Shown here: piece by piece, positions 40,750 to 49,687 of the stretch | Position numbering within the stretch: the first letter of the stretch is position 1 | Layout of the letters: each line of letters opens with the position of its first letter | DNA from: Candidatus Saccharimonadota bacterium | Lineage (GTDB): Bacteria; Patescibacteriota; Saccharimonadia; Saccharimonadales; AWTP1-31 | DNA length: 64,000 bases | Direction of reading: 5' to 3' | Assembly: GCA_026395435.1 (NCBI GenBank) | Contig: JAPLYT010000006.1 | Location: 31,587-95,586 of the forward strand | The notes under the pieces: generated by a model | The model's input: the letters and a program-made list of their open reading frames with translations, nothing else | Databases searched by the model: none | What the model was told of the DNA's origin: nothing | Program-made: the position numbers and the translations under genes

Positions 40750-42633
40750 CTATCGTACGAGTCTATTCAGGCCGTTTCGAGCCAAGCCGCCCCATTCAAC
40801 AACGGTAAAGCCATTTCGTTTCGGCGTTTTGAGCGTTTGAGCTGGCATGTTAACAGGTTTCTGAAGCCCTTCGAAGTCGAGGAATACGCGGATGGTGGTG
40901 TCGGGTTTTGGAAGGACGGTCAGCGGTGCAAGCTCATTGAGCTGGCGAGTGCTGAGCCACGATAGACGGACAAAAGGCGTGTTCGGGAGGTTTGGTTTCC
41001 AGAAACTAATGAACTCAGTTATTTCACGCCCCTGCAGCCCTTGTTGCTTGAGTTGTTCGGTGATTGTAGCAATTGCTTTACTTCGAGCCACCACAGTGCC
41101 GCTGGTGATGTCAGGATAGGCACCGTTGCCTTGTCCCTCCCAGAAGAGCGATCCAAACGATTTTCCTTGGTAGGTGAGAGCGCCATTTGGCTGAGCCAAA
41201 ACATTCGTCCATCCGCCTGTAGGATACAAAGGATCAGAAATGGTCACATTTGCTCCTACACTAACTGATACATTAGTTGCTTTTTGCGGGTAGAGATACA
41301 CAACTGGCTTGGCGCAACCACCTTTTGGTGCAGCTTTATCGCTTATGTACACCATGAAGTCGCCGAGGCCGTTTTCGATCAAGAAATATGAATGCTTATC
41401 GACGAACTGTTGAAGCGAGAGATTCTTGTAGTCATCCAGGGCATTTTCTTTGGCGTAGTCTTTTTCGAACAGCTCAGTCACAATTGGCTGGTTATTTGCG
41501 AGTTGGTAGACGGTCTGACCGCCCGGAGTCTTCCCGACTTCACTGAGGTCAGACTTACTGACTTTACCTGCCACAAATGAAGCACCCGTACCACACCCTT
41601 GGCCACCCGTGTAATAGGTCGAAGTCGATTGATCGCCTTTACTCCACTTGATGGTTTCTGCGGCTTTTGAACCTGATTTGCTGAGTTCCCCATCGAGCGA
41701 ATAATTGTAACTAAACAGATCTCCGAAGTAGGCGTTCACGCTTTTGATTGAATAGGCACCTTTGTCTTTCTCGCCGACATAGTAATCAATGTTGTTTTTG
41801 GTAATAAGTTTGGTGCCTTTTTCTGGAGACTGTACTTCCAAAATATTTGTACCTTCCTTATATCGCAGAAAGGCAAACGTTAGAACGCCGCTCGTTTTTA
41901 GCGGTTGTTCTTTGATGGTGATCGTTGGGTCAGCCGTCAATTCACTCAGACTAGTCGATGAGCTCGTCTTGATATTAGGTTTTGCTTCGAAGTATGAATA
42001 GTCTTTAGCAAAGTTCGCGGGAAATGCCACTTCGTACTCTGAACCATTTTTTATGACAATAATATCGGCAGCATCAATACCTCCCGAGGCACGGTAGGCA
42101 ATAATGTCTTTTCCATCTTTTGTTTTGCCCACCAGGAAGCTCTTTGTGAAATTATTTCTTCCATTTGTGCACCCTTCTGTTCCGGTGCATTCATCTTGAT
42201 TGAATAGGATAAGGTCTTTAATCTCCGTAGGTTTGGCATAATAGGTGTTGCCATTAACGGTAATATCATCTGAAGAAGGCTTCGTCTTGACGGTATCTGC
42301 TGTGGCAGTATCTTTTTTGGAATTTGAAACAGATGCTGGCGTATCTTTTTTACCACCTAAGACAACAATACCAACCACTGCTGCGATAATCGCAACAACA
42401 AGTATGCCTATGCCTATTTTTTGACTCTTAGAAAATCTTGATAGAAATGATTTCTTCTTGGTTACTTCTTTAGCCGGTTCCGCGCTTGGTGCTGTAGGAG
42501 TTTCTTCGACTGGTTCTTCTGGCGCGGTCTCGTCAATTATAACCTCAGGTTCTGTATCGTGAACCGGTGGTTCATTTTCTGTCTTAGTCTCGTCGATTAC
42601 TTCGTCGACAGCTGGTTTTTTGTCGTTGTCCAT
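40750..42633 (-). CDS. Single-pass membrane protein with a conserved uncharacterised C-terminal domain
   Basis: Acidic N-terminus, TM, then KPVVYLYP...LFWEG...EFISFW...PKPDTTIRVF...RNGFTVVEWGG. Confidence 0.75.
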   Translation of the reverse strand: MDNDKKPAVDEVIDETKTENEPPVHDTEPEVIIDETAPEEPVEETPTAPSAEPAKEVTKKKSFLSRFSKSQKIGIGILVVAIIAAVVGIVVLGGKKDTPASVSNSKKDTATADTVKTKPSSDDITVNGNTYYAKPTEIKDLILFNQDECTGTEGCTNGRNNFTKSFLVGKTKDGKDIIAYRASGGIDAADIIVIKNGSEYEVAFPANFAKDYSYFEAKPNIKTSSSTSLSELTADPTITIKEQPLKTSGVLTFAFLRYKEGTNILEVQSPEKGTKLITKNNIDYYVGEKDKGAYSIKSVNAYFGDLFSYNYSLDGELSKSGSKAAETIKWSKGDQSTSTYYTGGQGCGTGASFVAGKVSKSDLSEVGKTPGGQTVYQLANNQPIVTELFEKDYAKENALDDYKNLSLQQFVDKHSYFLIENGLGDFMVYISDKAAPKGGCAKPVVYLYPQKATNVSVSVGANVTISDPLYPTGGWTNVLAQPNGALTYQGKSFGSLFWEGQGNGAYPDITSGTVVARSKAIATITEQLKQQGLQGREITEFISFWKPNLPNTPFVRLSWLSTRQLNELAPLTVLPKPDTTIRVFLDFEGLQKPVNMPAQTLKTPKRNGFTVVEWGGLARNGLNRLVR

Positions 42634-42746
42634 AGGAAGGGCCTTTCTTATGCTATATATGCATTAAGCATAACCCTTATTAGATTAGACGGCAAACACT
42701 GCTTCTTTTGCTCGATTATCAAGTTTTGCGGTTGACTATAAACTTC

Positions 42747-43766
42747 TTAGTTTTGGGGAGCTTTATTGCGTCGGAAGTAGGCCTGTAGATCGAGTAATTT
42801 TAAGAGCGCCGAAAGTCTCCTGCCAGCAATTCTCTCATTAGGGATACTCTTGGGGGCTAACATTGGTCGGTGTGTATAGCCCAGTCTCTGGTGATTAGAC
42901 TCTTTTTGTTTAAACATATGCATATCAGCAGCATGCACGATATCTTCCGGTTTGGCGTGTATCTCAGGATCGTACGTAGCCCAACCAACGCTGAGGCCGA
43001 GACTCAAATTTCCATCATATTGTGCGTCAACGTGATCATCATAACGAGAAACTAGGTTATTGACTATCATTTCTCGAGCCGTTTCCAGGTCTATTCCATC
43101 GATATCGTCAATGACAGCTATATATTCATCGCCAGATGTTCGGGTAGCATCGTCACGAGCATTTTTTCTAGGGTAAACTCCCGCTTCGGCGTCTTCTGAC
43201 CGAGCCATTTTCAGCGAACGGACGATATGCTCTGCAACTGATTGCAGCTCAACATCTCCGCCTCTATGACCAAGAACGTCATTGAGCTGTTTGAAATTAT
43301 CAATATCAATCATGAGGATTGCAAACTTTTTATTCTCCCCAATCCTATCCCTAAGAGTCGTCATGAATGCTTCGCGTTTGAGCAGCCCAGTCAGTGGGTC
43401 GATAGAGTTTTTGGCTTGTTCTTCCTCAAGTTTTAGTGTGGTACCAATGAAGCGAGCTGTGATGCCAATTTTCCCGATATCTACGGGGTTCAGATCTTGA
43501 TCAATTTCATGTGGAGACGGTTCATAAGAGATAGCTGCCAGTGCCCCATAGCCGATGCCATCATCAACACCGCCATCTTCGTTGCGTGTATACATACCTT
43601 CATAAACATCCTGCAATCGTTCATAGGGAAGAGGTGACAAGGTATTTTCATCGAGATCATGGAAGACGATCTGTTCAATAGCCTGTACTTTTTGCGCGGT
43701 GATTTCTGCTTCTAACATAAAAATTCCTCGGTGCGAACCGAGGGATATTGGAGAAGACTCTAACAT
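42747..43766 (-). CDS. GGDEF-domain protein (SGDEY variant)
   Basis: DPLTGL, IDIDNFKQLNDVLGH, RTSGDEY, SVG, AADMHMFKQK; start may be at MLEAEIT. Confidence 0.88.
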   Translation of the reverse strand: MLESSPISLGSHRGIFMLEAEITAQKVQAIEQIVFHDLDENTLSPLPYERLQDVYEGMYTRNEDGGVDDGIGYGALAAISYEPSPHEIDQDLNPVDIGKIGITARFIGTTLKLEEEQAKNSIDPLTGLLKREAFMTTLRDRIGENKKFAILMIDIDNFKQLNDVLGHRGGDVELQSVAEHIVRSLKMARSEDAEAGVYPRKNARDDATRTSGDEYIAVIDDIDGIDLETAREMIVNNLVSRYDDHVDAQYDGNLSLGLSVGWATYDPEIHAKPEDIVHAADMHMFKQKESNHQRLGYTHRPMLAPKSIPNERIAGRRLSALLKLLDLQAYFRRNKAPQN

Positions 43767-43892
43767 GCCGTGGGTTCGCTACTTGCTCCGTGTATTCCAA
43801 GCGACCATATTGCGAAATACACTTCATTGCTGACTTATTATTAACTACCGTATTGTATCACTAAATATAGCTTATGTCAATAACTATACTAT

Positions 43893-45653
43893 TTAGTTAG
43901 CGGTCCATGTGGCATTATCGAAGTAAGCTGCCACACCCGAGTTGGCGGTGACGATGACTTGCAGACGAGCTTTTTTAACGTTAATGCTTGAAGGAATGTA
44001 ATTAAAAGAGACAGATGATACACCTACGCTTGTTACGGATTTTTTGAATTGACCACTAATCCAGACTCCGTTGGCGTCATATTCATCGATATAATAGCCA
44101 ATTTCTCCACTTACGTTCTGCGTAATATTCAAGTAGCTACCGAGACTATATGTTTTACCTGCTTCAATTACGACTGAATTGGAGAACAAATGTCCATTGG
44201 TCGTCGATGCAGCGAGACTGACAGAGATGACGATATTCTCAGGGCTTCCATGAGAGGCAGTGTCAAGCAAGATTGCTGACGGTTTATCGGTCGACCAACC
44301 TGTTAGGCCAGAGTCAAAAGAACTATTTGTCAGCAAATTGGTCGGACTCACTGGAGGAACGACGCTTGTGACTGTAAACCATTGAGCAGTATCAATATAT
44401 GCCGAAATACCACTGTTGGCTGCTACGCCAATTTGTAGTCGAGCCGAAGTCACCCGGGACGAGGTGGGGCTGTAGGCAAAGTTTATCGCGTCTACAAATA
44501 CGCTTCGCTGAGATGCCTTGAATTGACCACTAATCCAGACTCCGTTGGCGTCATATTCATCGATATAATAGCCAATTTCTCCACTGGCAAGGGCAGTCAT
44601 ATTAGAATAATTTTTTATCAAATAGTTTGAGCTATAGGTAACAGGAACTTTTGCAGAAAAGAGGTGTCCTTTTGCCGACCCAGCCGTCACTTTGATCGAA
44701 TTTGTTGGTTCAGGATAGCTGCCGTTATTTAGATTGTTGGGAGCAAAGACGGTCGTTGAGTCAGATGACCAGTTTGTAAGGCCGCTTGCGAAATTACCAT
44801 TTGCCAGAAGATTTACGTCTCCTTTTACTAAGGCATTACTCACCGTGGGTGCTGCAACACCTTTTAGTTTTGCATAGGCAGCAATTTGATCAAGTTTAGC
44901 GGTCGAATATTCATAATCATCATTATTGTTGCTGGCTTTCGTTTTGATATCGTGGAATACCAAGATGAGCCACTGTTTGTTCGCAACAGCGCTGTCTATG
45001 TAAGATTTTACGGTAGCGACAGATACAGTCCCTTGCACTTGTTGAACCCGGAGGAGATATTCACTGTAGGGCCAGGTGTTATAGCCAAGATCTGCAAAGC
45101 CACGTTGTGATTCGTAGTATTTAGCAATGTGAGCTAACGTGCTGGCGTTATAGTCACCATAGGGGCTGGCATACGATTTGGCGTCGATACCATGGCTAGC
45201 GAGTGCAGCTTTGCTGGTCACAAGTTCACTAACGACTTGGTCTTGGGTAAGGGCGATGGGTTGATCGACAGGATCGGTGGAAGCCATATATGGATGAGTA
45301 TTAGTATGTGAGCCAAGTTCCCAACCATAGGTAGCTTTGAGGGTAGTAATTTGATCCCACGTAAGATACGAGGCATCGGTATTCGCTTTACACGTATTAG
45401 GTATCGTCGCCATGCCGACACAATTGGTGATGACATAGTTGGTGCCACTATAGCCATATTTTGCCAGAGTCGGAGCTGCTTGGGTGAGGCTGCTGGCCAG
45501 GCCATCATCAAATGTGAAAGACACTTTAGCTGCCGCCGTCGGGTTCGTTACTGCTGCCTGAGCGTGGCCGACTATACCGACAATCGGCAAGCTACATAGT
45601 AGGCAGGAAATAAGAACTTGGAAAGTTGTTTGTAATTTTTGAGTAAATTTCAT
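43893..45653 (-). CDS. Secreted polysaccharide deacetylase (CE4/NodB) with two C-terminal CBM-like repeats
   Basis: Signal peptide, FTFDDG, SHTNTHP, SPYG, VFHD; NLLxNxxF repeats. Confidence 0.9.
   Translation of the reverse strand: MKFTQKLQTTFQVLISCLLCSLPIVGIVGHAQAAVTNPTAAAKVSFTFDDGLASSLTQAAPTLAKYGYSGTNYVITNCVGMATIPNTCKANTDASYLTWDQITTLKATYGWELGSHTNTHPYMASTDPVDQPIALTQDQVVSELVTSKAALASHGIDAKSYASPYGDYNASTLAHIAKYYESQRGFADLGYNTWPYSEYLLRVQQVQGTVSVATVKSYIDSAVANKQWLILVFHDIKTKASNNNDDYEYSTAKLDQIAAYAKLKGVAAPTVSNALVKGDVNLLANGNFASGLTNWSSDSTTVFAPNNLNNGSYPEPTNSIKVTAGSAKGHLFSAKVPVTYSSNYLIKNYSNMTALASGEIGYYIDEYDANGVWISGQFKASQRSVFVDAINFAYSPTSSRVTSARLQIGVAANSGISAYIDTAQWFTVTSVVPPVSPTNLLTNSSFDSGLTGWSTDKPSAILLDTASHGSPENIVISVSLAASTTNGHLFSNSVVIEAGKTYSLGSYLNITQNVSGEIGYYIDEYDANGVWISGQFKKSVTSVGVSSVSFNYIPSSINVKKARLQVIVTANSGVAAYFDNATWTAN
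44044..44585. repeat. 68-bp identical direct repeat within the CE4 gene
   Basis: 44044-44111 = 44518-44585; encodes SGEIGYYIDEYDANGVWISGQFK. Confidence 0.92.
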
Positions 45654-45772
45654 GATTGGACACCTGCTTTTAGTTAATCCACCATGGATATAACGGTAAT
45701 ATACAATAGAAATGATATAGTAGCAATATTATTTGTAAATTAGCAAAAAAGCAGCTCAATATACTTATAAGC

Positions 45773-47452
45773 GTGATTGTAATCATGCTTGGCTTCGTAT
45801 GTATTATTACTGCAGTTGGCCATTACAGAAGTACTCCGCAGTCTGAGCAACGTGCTACTACATCATCGAAAAAAGATCGCTATATGGACCTTTCGTCTTG
45901 GAAGTATGTCCCCGGAGCTCGAGTTGCATCAGATGGTATTTTGATCACTCCTCAAGATCTAAAAATCGTTAATCAAGACGGTAGTGGCGGTCAGCCAAAT
46001 CCAGCGATCAATAGTGGTGGTCAATTCATTGCATATTCCGACGAAGTATCAATCAGCGCCACCATGACCGCTGCCGCGCAACATGCCGAACAGTCACTAC
46101 GACTTTACAGCCAGCCACCTGGCATCTATGACGAATGGCGATGGGAGCCACCAAGCCTCGACATTGTGTTACGCGGAAACGAACTAACACTCAAAAACTA
46201 TGATGGCACCAAAGAGACTCCCGATACAACAAAGTACCCTATCATGCAGGCGTCGCTATATCAGTTAGAAATGAAGAAAAACAGGACGATGCTCGATCTG
46301 TATCTGAACAACAAGCGGGTTGCTTCGGTGGATGGGAGCAGCCTCTATGTGACAAAAAAAATATGGTTTGGTGCATCGGCTGTTTCGCCGTGGAAACTGA
46401 TCGCTATTTCAATTCCCAATACTTCTAAGGCACGATTCCAAGATTCGTTGCCCTCGCCCAAGATGCAATCGAGTAGTCAGAGCTTAGGAACACTAATGGC
46501 TACTAAAAATAAAAAATTCGGAACGGCAATCAGCCTCAACCCTCTCATTGCCGATGTCGAGTATCAAAAATTGGCACTAACTGAGTTTAGTCAGTTTACT
46601 CCTGAAAATGAGCTCAAAGCGCAGTTTGTTCATCCAGCTCCACATAGTTACGAATTTGGACCAAGTGATCTACTCGTCAACATTGCCGAGCATCATGCCA
46701 TCTCAATCCATGGTCATGCGTTGGTTTTTGGTGAGGCGAACCCTGCTTGGATGCAATCAGCAAAGCCAGAACTACGCGAACAAATAATGGTCGACCATAT
46801 TACTTCCATCATGAAGCATTATAAAAAATCAATTTTAGAGTGGGATGTCATCAACGAACCGCTTTCGGATAATGATGCCGACTATGCTGATGGCGGCAAT
46901 GGGCTGCGGCATCATATCTGGTATCAAGCAATGGGCGAGAGTTATATCGCTAAGGCACTCCGCGCTGCTCGATTAGCTAACCCACAAGCTAAGTTGTATA
47001 TCAACGACTATGGCTTGGAAGCCGATGGTGATCGCTGGGAGGCGATGATTTCGCTCATTACGCGGTTGCAAGCAGACAATGTGCCTTTAGACGGCATTGG
47101 GTTTCAGTCGCATGTCTATCAGCCCGCTGACCATCAGGAATATGCAGTTATTGCTCGCCACATGAAGCAACTTGAAAGCCTCGGATTATCAACTAGAATT
47201 TCAGAAATTGATGTGCATGGCGAGGATCAAACGGTCCAGGCCCAGCAGTACACGTTCGCCCTTCAGGCCTGTTTAGTGAGCGTTAATTGCACGAGTTATT
47301 CTATGTGGGGTATGAGTGATGCGCATGGCTCAACGACGTCAGACCATACATATCCTCTCGAATATGGTGATGATTTACCCTGGGATGAAGCGTATAAGCC
47401 CAAACTAGCAGTGGCTAAAATCCGCGAAATGTTACAAGCCAAAAATAGGTAA
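45773..47452 (+). CDS. Membrane-anchored/secreted GH10 (endo-1,4-beta-xylanase-like) glycoside hydrolase
   Basis: TPENELK, HGHALV, WDVINEP, YINDY, GIGFQSH, ISEID. Confidence 0.92.
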   Translation: MIVIMLGFVCIITAVGHYRSTPQSEQRATTSSKKDRYMDLSSWKYVPGARVASDGILITPQDLKIVNQDGSGGQPNPAINSGGQFIAYSDEVSISATMTAAAQHAEQSLRLYSQPPGIYDEWRWEPPSLDIVLRGNELTLKNYDGTKETPDTTKYPIMQASLYQLEMKKNRTMLDLYLNNKRVASVDGSSLYVTKKIWFGASAVSPWKLIAISIPNTSKARFQDSLPSPKMQSSSQSLGTLMATKNKKFGTAISLNPLIADVEYQKLALTEFSQFTPENELKAQFVHPAPHSYEFGPSDLLVNIAEHHAISIHGHALVFGEANPAWMQSAKPELREQIMVDHITSIMKHYKKSILEWDVINEPLSDNDADYADGGNGLRHHIWYQAMGESYIAKALRAARLANPQAKLYINDYGLEADGDRWEAMISLITRLQADNVPLDGIGFQSHVYQPADHQEYAVIARHMKQLESLGLSTRISEIDVHGEDQTVQAQQYTFALQACLVSVNCTSYSMWGMSDAHGSTTSDHTYPLEYGDDLPWDEAYKPKLAVAKIREMLQAKNR

Positions 47453-47578
47453 GCATAAGCATTCATATAATATATTTTACAATTAGTCATTTAAGATATA
47501 TAATCCACGATATTGGTATGAGTTGATAAGGTGAGGCTTACATCTTGTATCGACACCTATTAAACAAGGAGAGATGGT

Positions 47579-47749
47579 ATGTACGGAAAAGTACTTTCAG
47601 CTGCAGTATTATCTGCAGCAGTCATCCTACCTAACACTGGCTCTAGCCGAACCATGTCGATCGTTAGTATCGTCGTCGTTACGGTTGGTGCAGTAGCAAT
47701 CGCTACTACAGTAGGTAGTGCTATCGCTAAACGAGTCTTCAAGGCTTAA
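47579..47749 (+). CDS. 56-aa LPXTG micro-protein (not in the ORF track)
   Basis: AAGGAG RBS at 47566-47571; MYGKVLSAAVLSAAVILPNTGSSRTMSIVSIVVVTVGAVAIATTVGSAIAKRVFKA = LPNTG + TM + basic tail, directly upstream of the sortase. Confidence 0.88.
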   Translation: MYGKVLSAAVLSAAVILPNTGSSRTMSIVSIVVVTVGAVAIATTVGSAIAKRVFKA

Positions 47750-47764
47750 GCGGTGCAATAAGGG

Positions 47765-47798
47765 ACTGGTCATTCAGGTAATCTGGATGACCAGTTTC
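47765..47798 (+). terminator. 13-bp stem-loop between the micro-protein and sortase genes
   Basis: ACTGGTCATTCAG-GTAAT-CTGGATGACCAGT, short T run at the 3' side. Confidence 0.65.
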
Positions 47799-47819
47799 AC
47801 ATTTTAGAATTGAAACATC

Positions 47820-48413
47820 ATGCACAGACATATAAAACTTGTTATTGGATTAGTAATAATTATTACAGGATCAGCCGTATTGATCCATGCGCGGCAGAAC
47901 ATTGTTGCGACCAAGACACCGACGTTGGTTCAAGATCAGCCAATTATCACAAAAACAGTAGTTGCTCAGCCGAGCGCGACTCGCCCAACCCCTTCACCTC
48001 TATCAGGAAATGCACGCCGACTTATTATCCCTAGTGTTAATATCGATATAGCGGTTGTTGATGGTTATTACAATCAAGATTCTCAGACATGGACACTAAC
48101 GAGCGACAAAGCTCAATTTGCGACACCGACTCGTAAACCAAATAATGAATCTGGCGGAACATTCATTTACGGCCACAATAATCGAAAAGTATTTAGCCGG
48201 CTACCTGATATCAAGATTGGGGCAATGGCGAGTATTCAGACCGATAACGGCCATACATTTACCTACCGCTATGAAAAAGTTGATGTGGTAAATCCTTCTG
48301 ATAGTGGAATTCTGGCATATACTGGGCCGCCCATTTTGACTGTCCAAACCTGCACTGGATTTTGGTATCAAAATAGATCATTGTTTACGTTTGTTCTGGT
48401 AGAGGCATCATGA
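47820..48413 (+). CDS. Sortase
   Basis: N-terminal TM, LIIPSVNID, FIYGHN (His), LTVQTC (Cys), NR (Arg). Confidence 0.9.
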   Translation: MHRHIKLVIGLVIIITGSAVLIHARQNIVATKTPTLVQDQPIITKTVVAQPSATRPTPSPLSGNARRLIIPSVNIDIAVVDGYYNQDSQTWTLTSDKAQFATPTRKPNNESGGTFIYGHNNRKVFSRLPDIKIGAMASIQTDNGHTFTYRYEKVDVVNPSDSGILAYTGPPILTVQTCTGFWYQNRSLFTFVLVEAS

Positions 48414-49687
48414 ATTTCATCCAGACGTTTTTGATTTATGTATTTTTGATTGTCGGTACAATTAATTTTCTGCATCTAGGTATATTTATAATCGGTGCTA
48501 ACGTTTACGATATTCAACATCTTCGAAAACGTAAGATTTTGAAAGCACGCCGCATTGGCAAAAGCCCTCTGTTGAGTTTGGTAATTCCTGCCTACAACGA
48601 AGAGGCTAGTATTATTCGTTGCTTAGAATCAATTCGGAAAAATACGTATCGTAAAGTAGAAGTTTTCGTACACAACGATCGCAGTACGGATAACACAGCA
48701 GCTTTAATTCGGAAGTACATAGAACAACACCCTCATATGAACATCCGTTTGGTGAGTCGAAGAAAGCAAGTCGGCAAGGCTTTGGGCGTCAACTATTGTA
48801 TTAAGAAATATGCACAAGGCGAGCTGGTGATGACCTTAGACGCCGACTGTACTTTGGATCGATATGCCATCAAAAACGCAGTCGATTATTTCAAGAATCC
48901 TGATGTGATCGGTGTTGCTGCAAACGTGAAGATCACTAATGAACCTACTGTCATCGGTCTCCTTCAACAGTTTGAACATCTCATTGGCTATCGATCAAAG
49001 AAATTTTTTACTGTTACGAACTGCGAAATCATTGTTGGAGGTGTAGCCTCGACCTATCGGACCGAAGTGCTCAAAAAAGTTAAATTGTATGACACCGACA
49101 CACAAACTGAAGACATTGGCTTGAGTATGAAAATCGTTGCAAATTCCAATAAGCAGCAAAGAATTGTCTATGGTGCAGATGTGCTGGCTCTGACCGACCC
49201 CGTGCATAGCTTTAAGGCGCTGCAGATCCAGCGGTATCGTTGGAAACTAGGCATGATTCAAAACCTCATAAAATACCGATACTTGGTTGGAAATATGAAT
49301 TCGAATTATAGTAAAAGCCTGACCTTGTATCGCTTGCCGATGGCCTTTTTCTCAGAGCTAACACTTTTGTTTGAGCCATTTATTTTGGGCTATGTACTGT
49401 ATCTTTCAATAATTCATGATACGGCCATCTTGTTTGTTGGGGCCTATTTTACCGTTTGCTTGTATATCCTAATGGGTATTTGGCCTGATGAGCATTTGAG
49501 CGTTTCGGATAAGATTGCAAAAAGTTTTTACGTACCAATTTTGTATTTTACGTTTCATATCATGGACCTTATACAGGTGCTCGCAATTATCCAAGTGCTT
49601 CGTAATCCCAAAAAAGCACTACGTATTGGCTACCATGATTCGCATTGGACGCCACCTGCTCGTGTGCCGGTTTCGAACGTGAGTTAG
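48410..49687 (+). CDS. Processive GT2 glycosyltransferase (PgaC/IcaA/NodC-like polysaccharide synthase)
   Basis: IPAYNEE, NDRSTD, GKA, LDAD, TED, QRYRW, flanking TMs; ATGA overlap with the sortase. Confidence 0.92.
   Translation: MNFIQTFLIYVFLIVGTINFLHLGIFIIGANVYDIQHLRKRKILKARRIGKSPLLSLVIPAYNEEASIIRCLESIRKNTYRKVEVFVHNDRSTDNTAALIRKYIEQHPHMNIRLVSRRKQVGKALGVNYCIKKYAQGELVMTLDADCTLDRYAIKNAVDYFKNPDVIGVAANVKITNEPTVIGLLQQFEHLIGYRSKKFFTVTNCEIIVGGVASTYRTEVLKKVKLYDTDTQTEDIGLSMKIVANSNKQQRIVYGADVLALTDPVHSFKALQIQRYRWKLGMIQNLIKYRYLVGNMNSNYSKSLTLYRLPMAFFSELTLLFEPFILGYVLYLSIIHDTAILFVGAYFTVCLYILMGIWPDEHLSVSDKIAKSFYVPILYFTFHIMDLIQVLAIIQVLRNPKKALRIGYHDSHWTPPARVPVSNVS

Noticed and set aside
47560..47742. Minus-strand 60-aa ORF from the track
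   Set aside because: Shadow of the plus-strand LPNTG micro-gene, which has an RBS, a sorting signal and operon context
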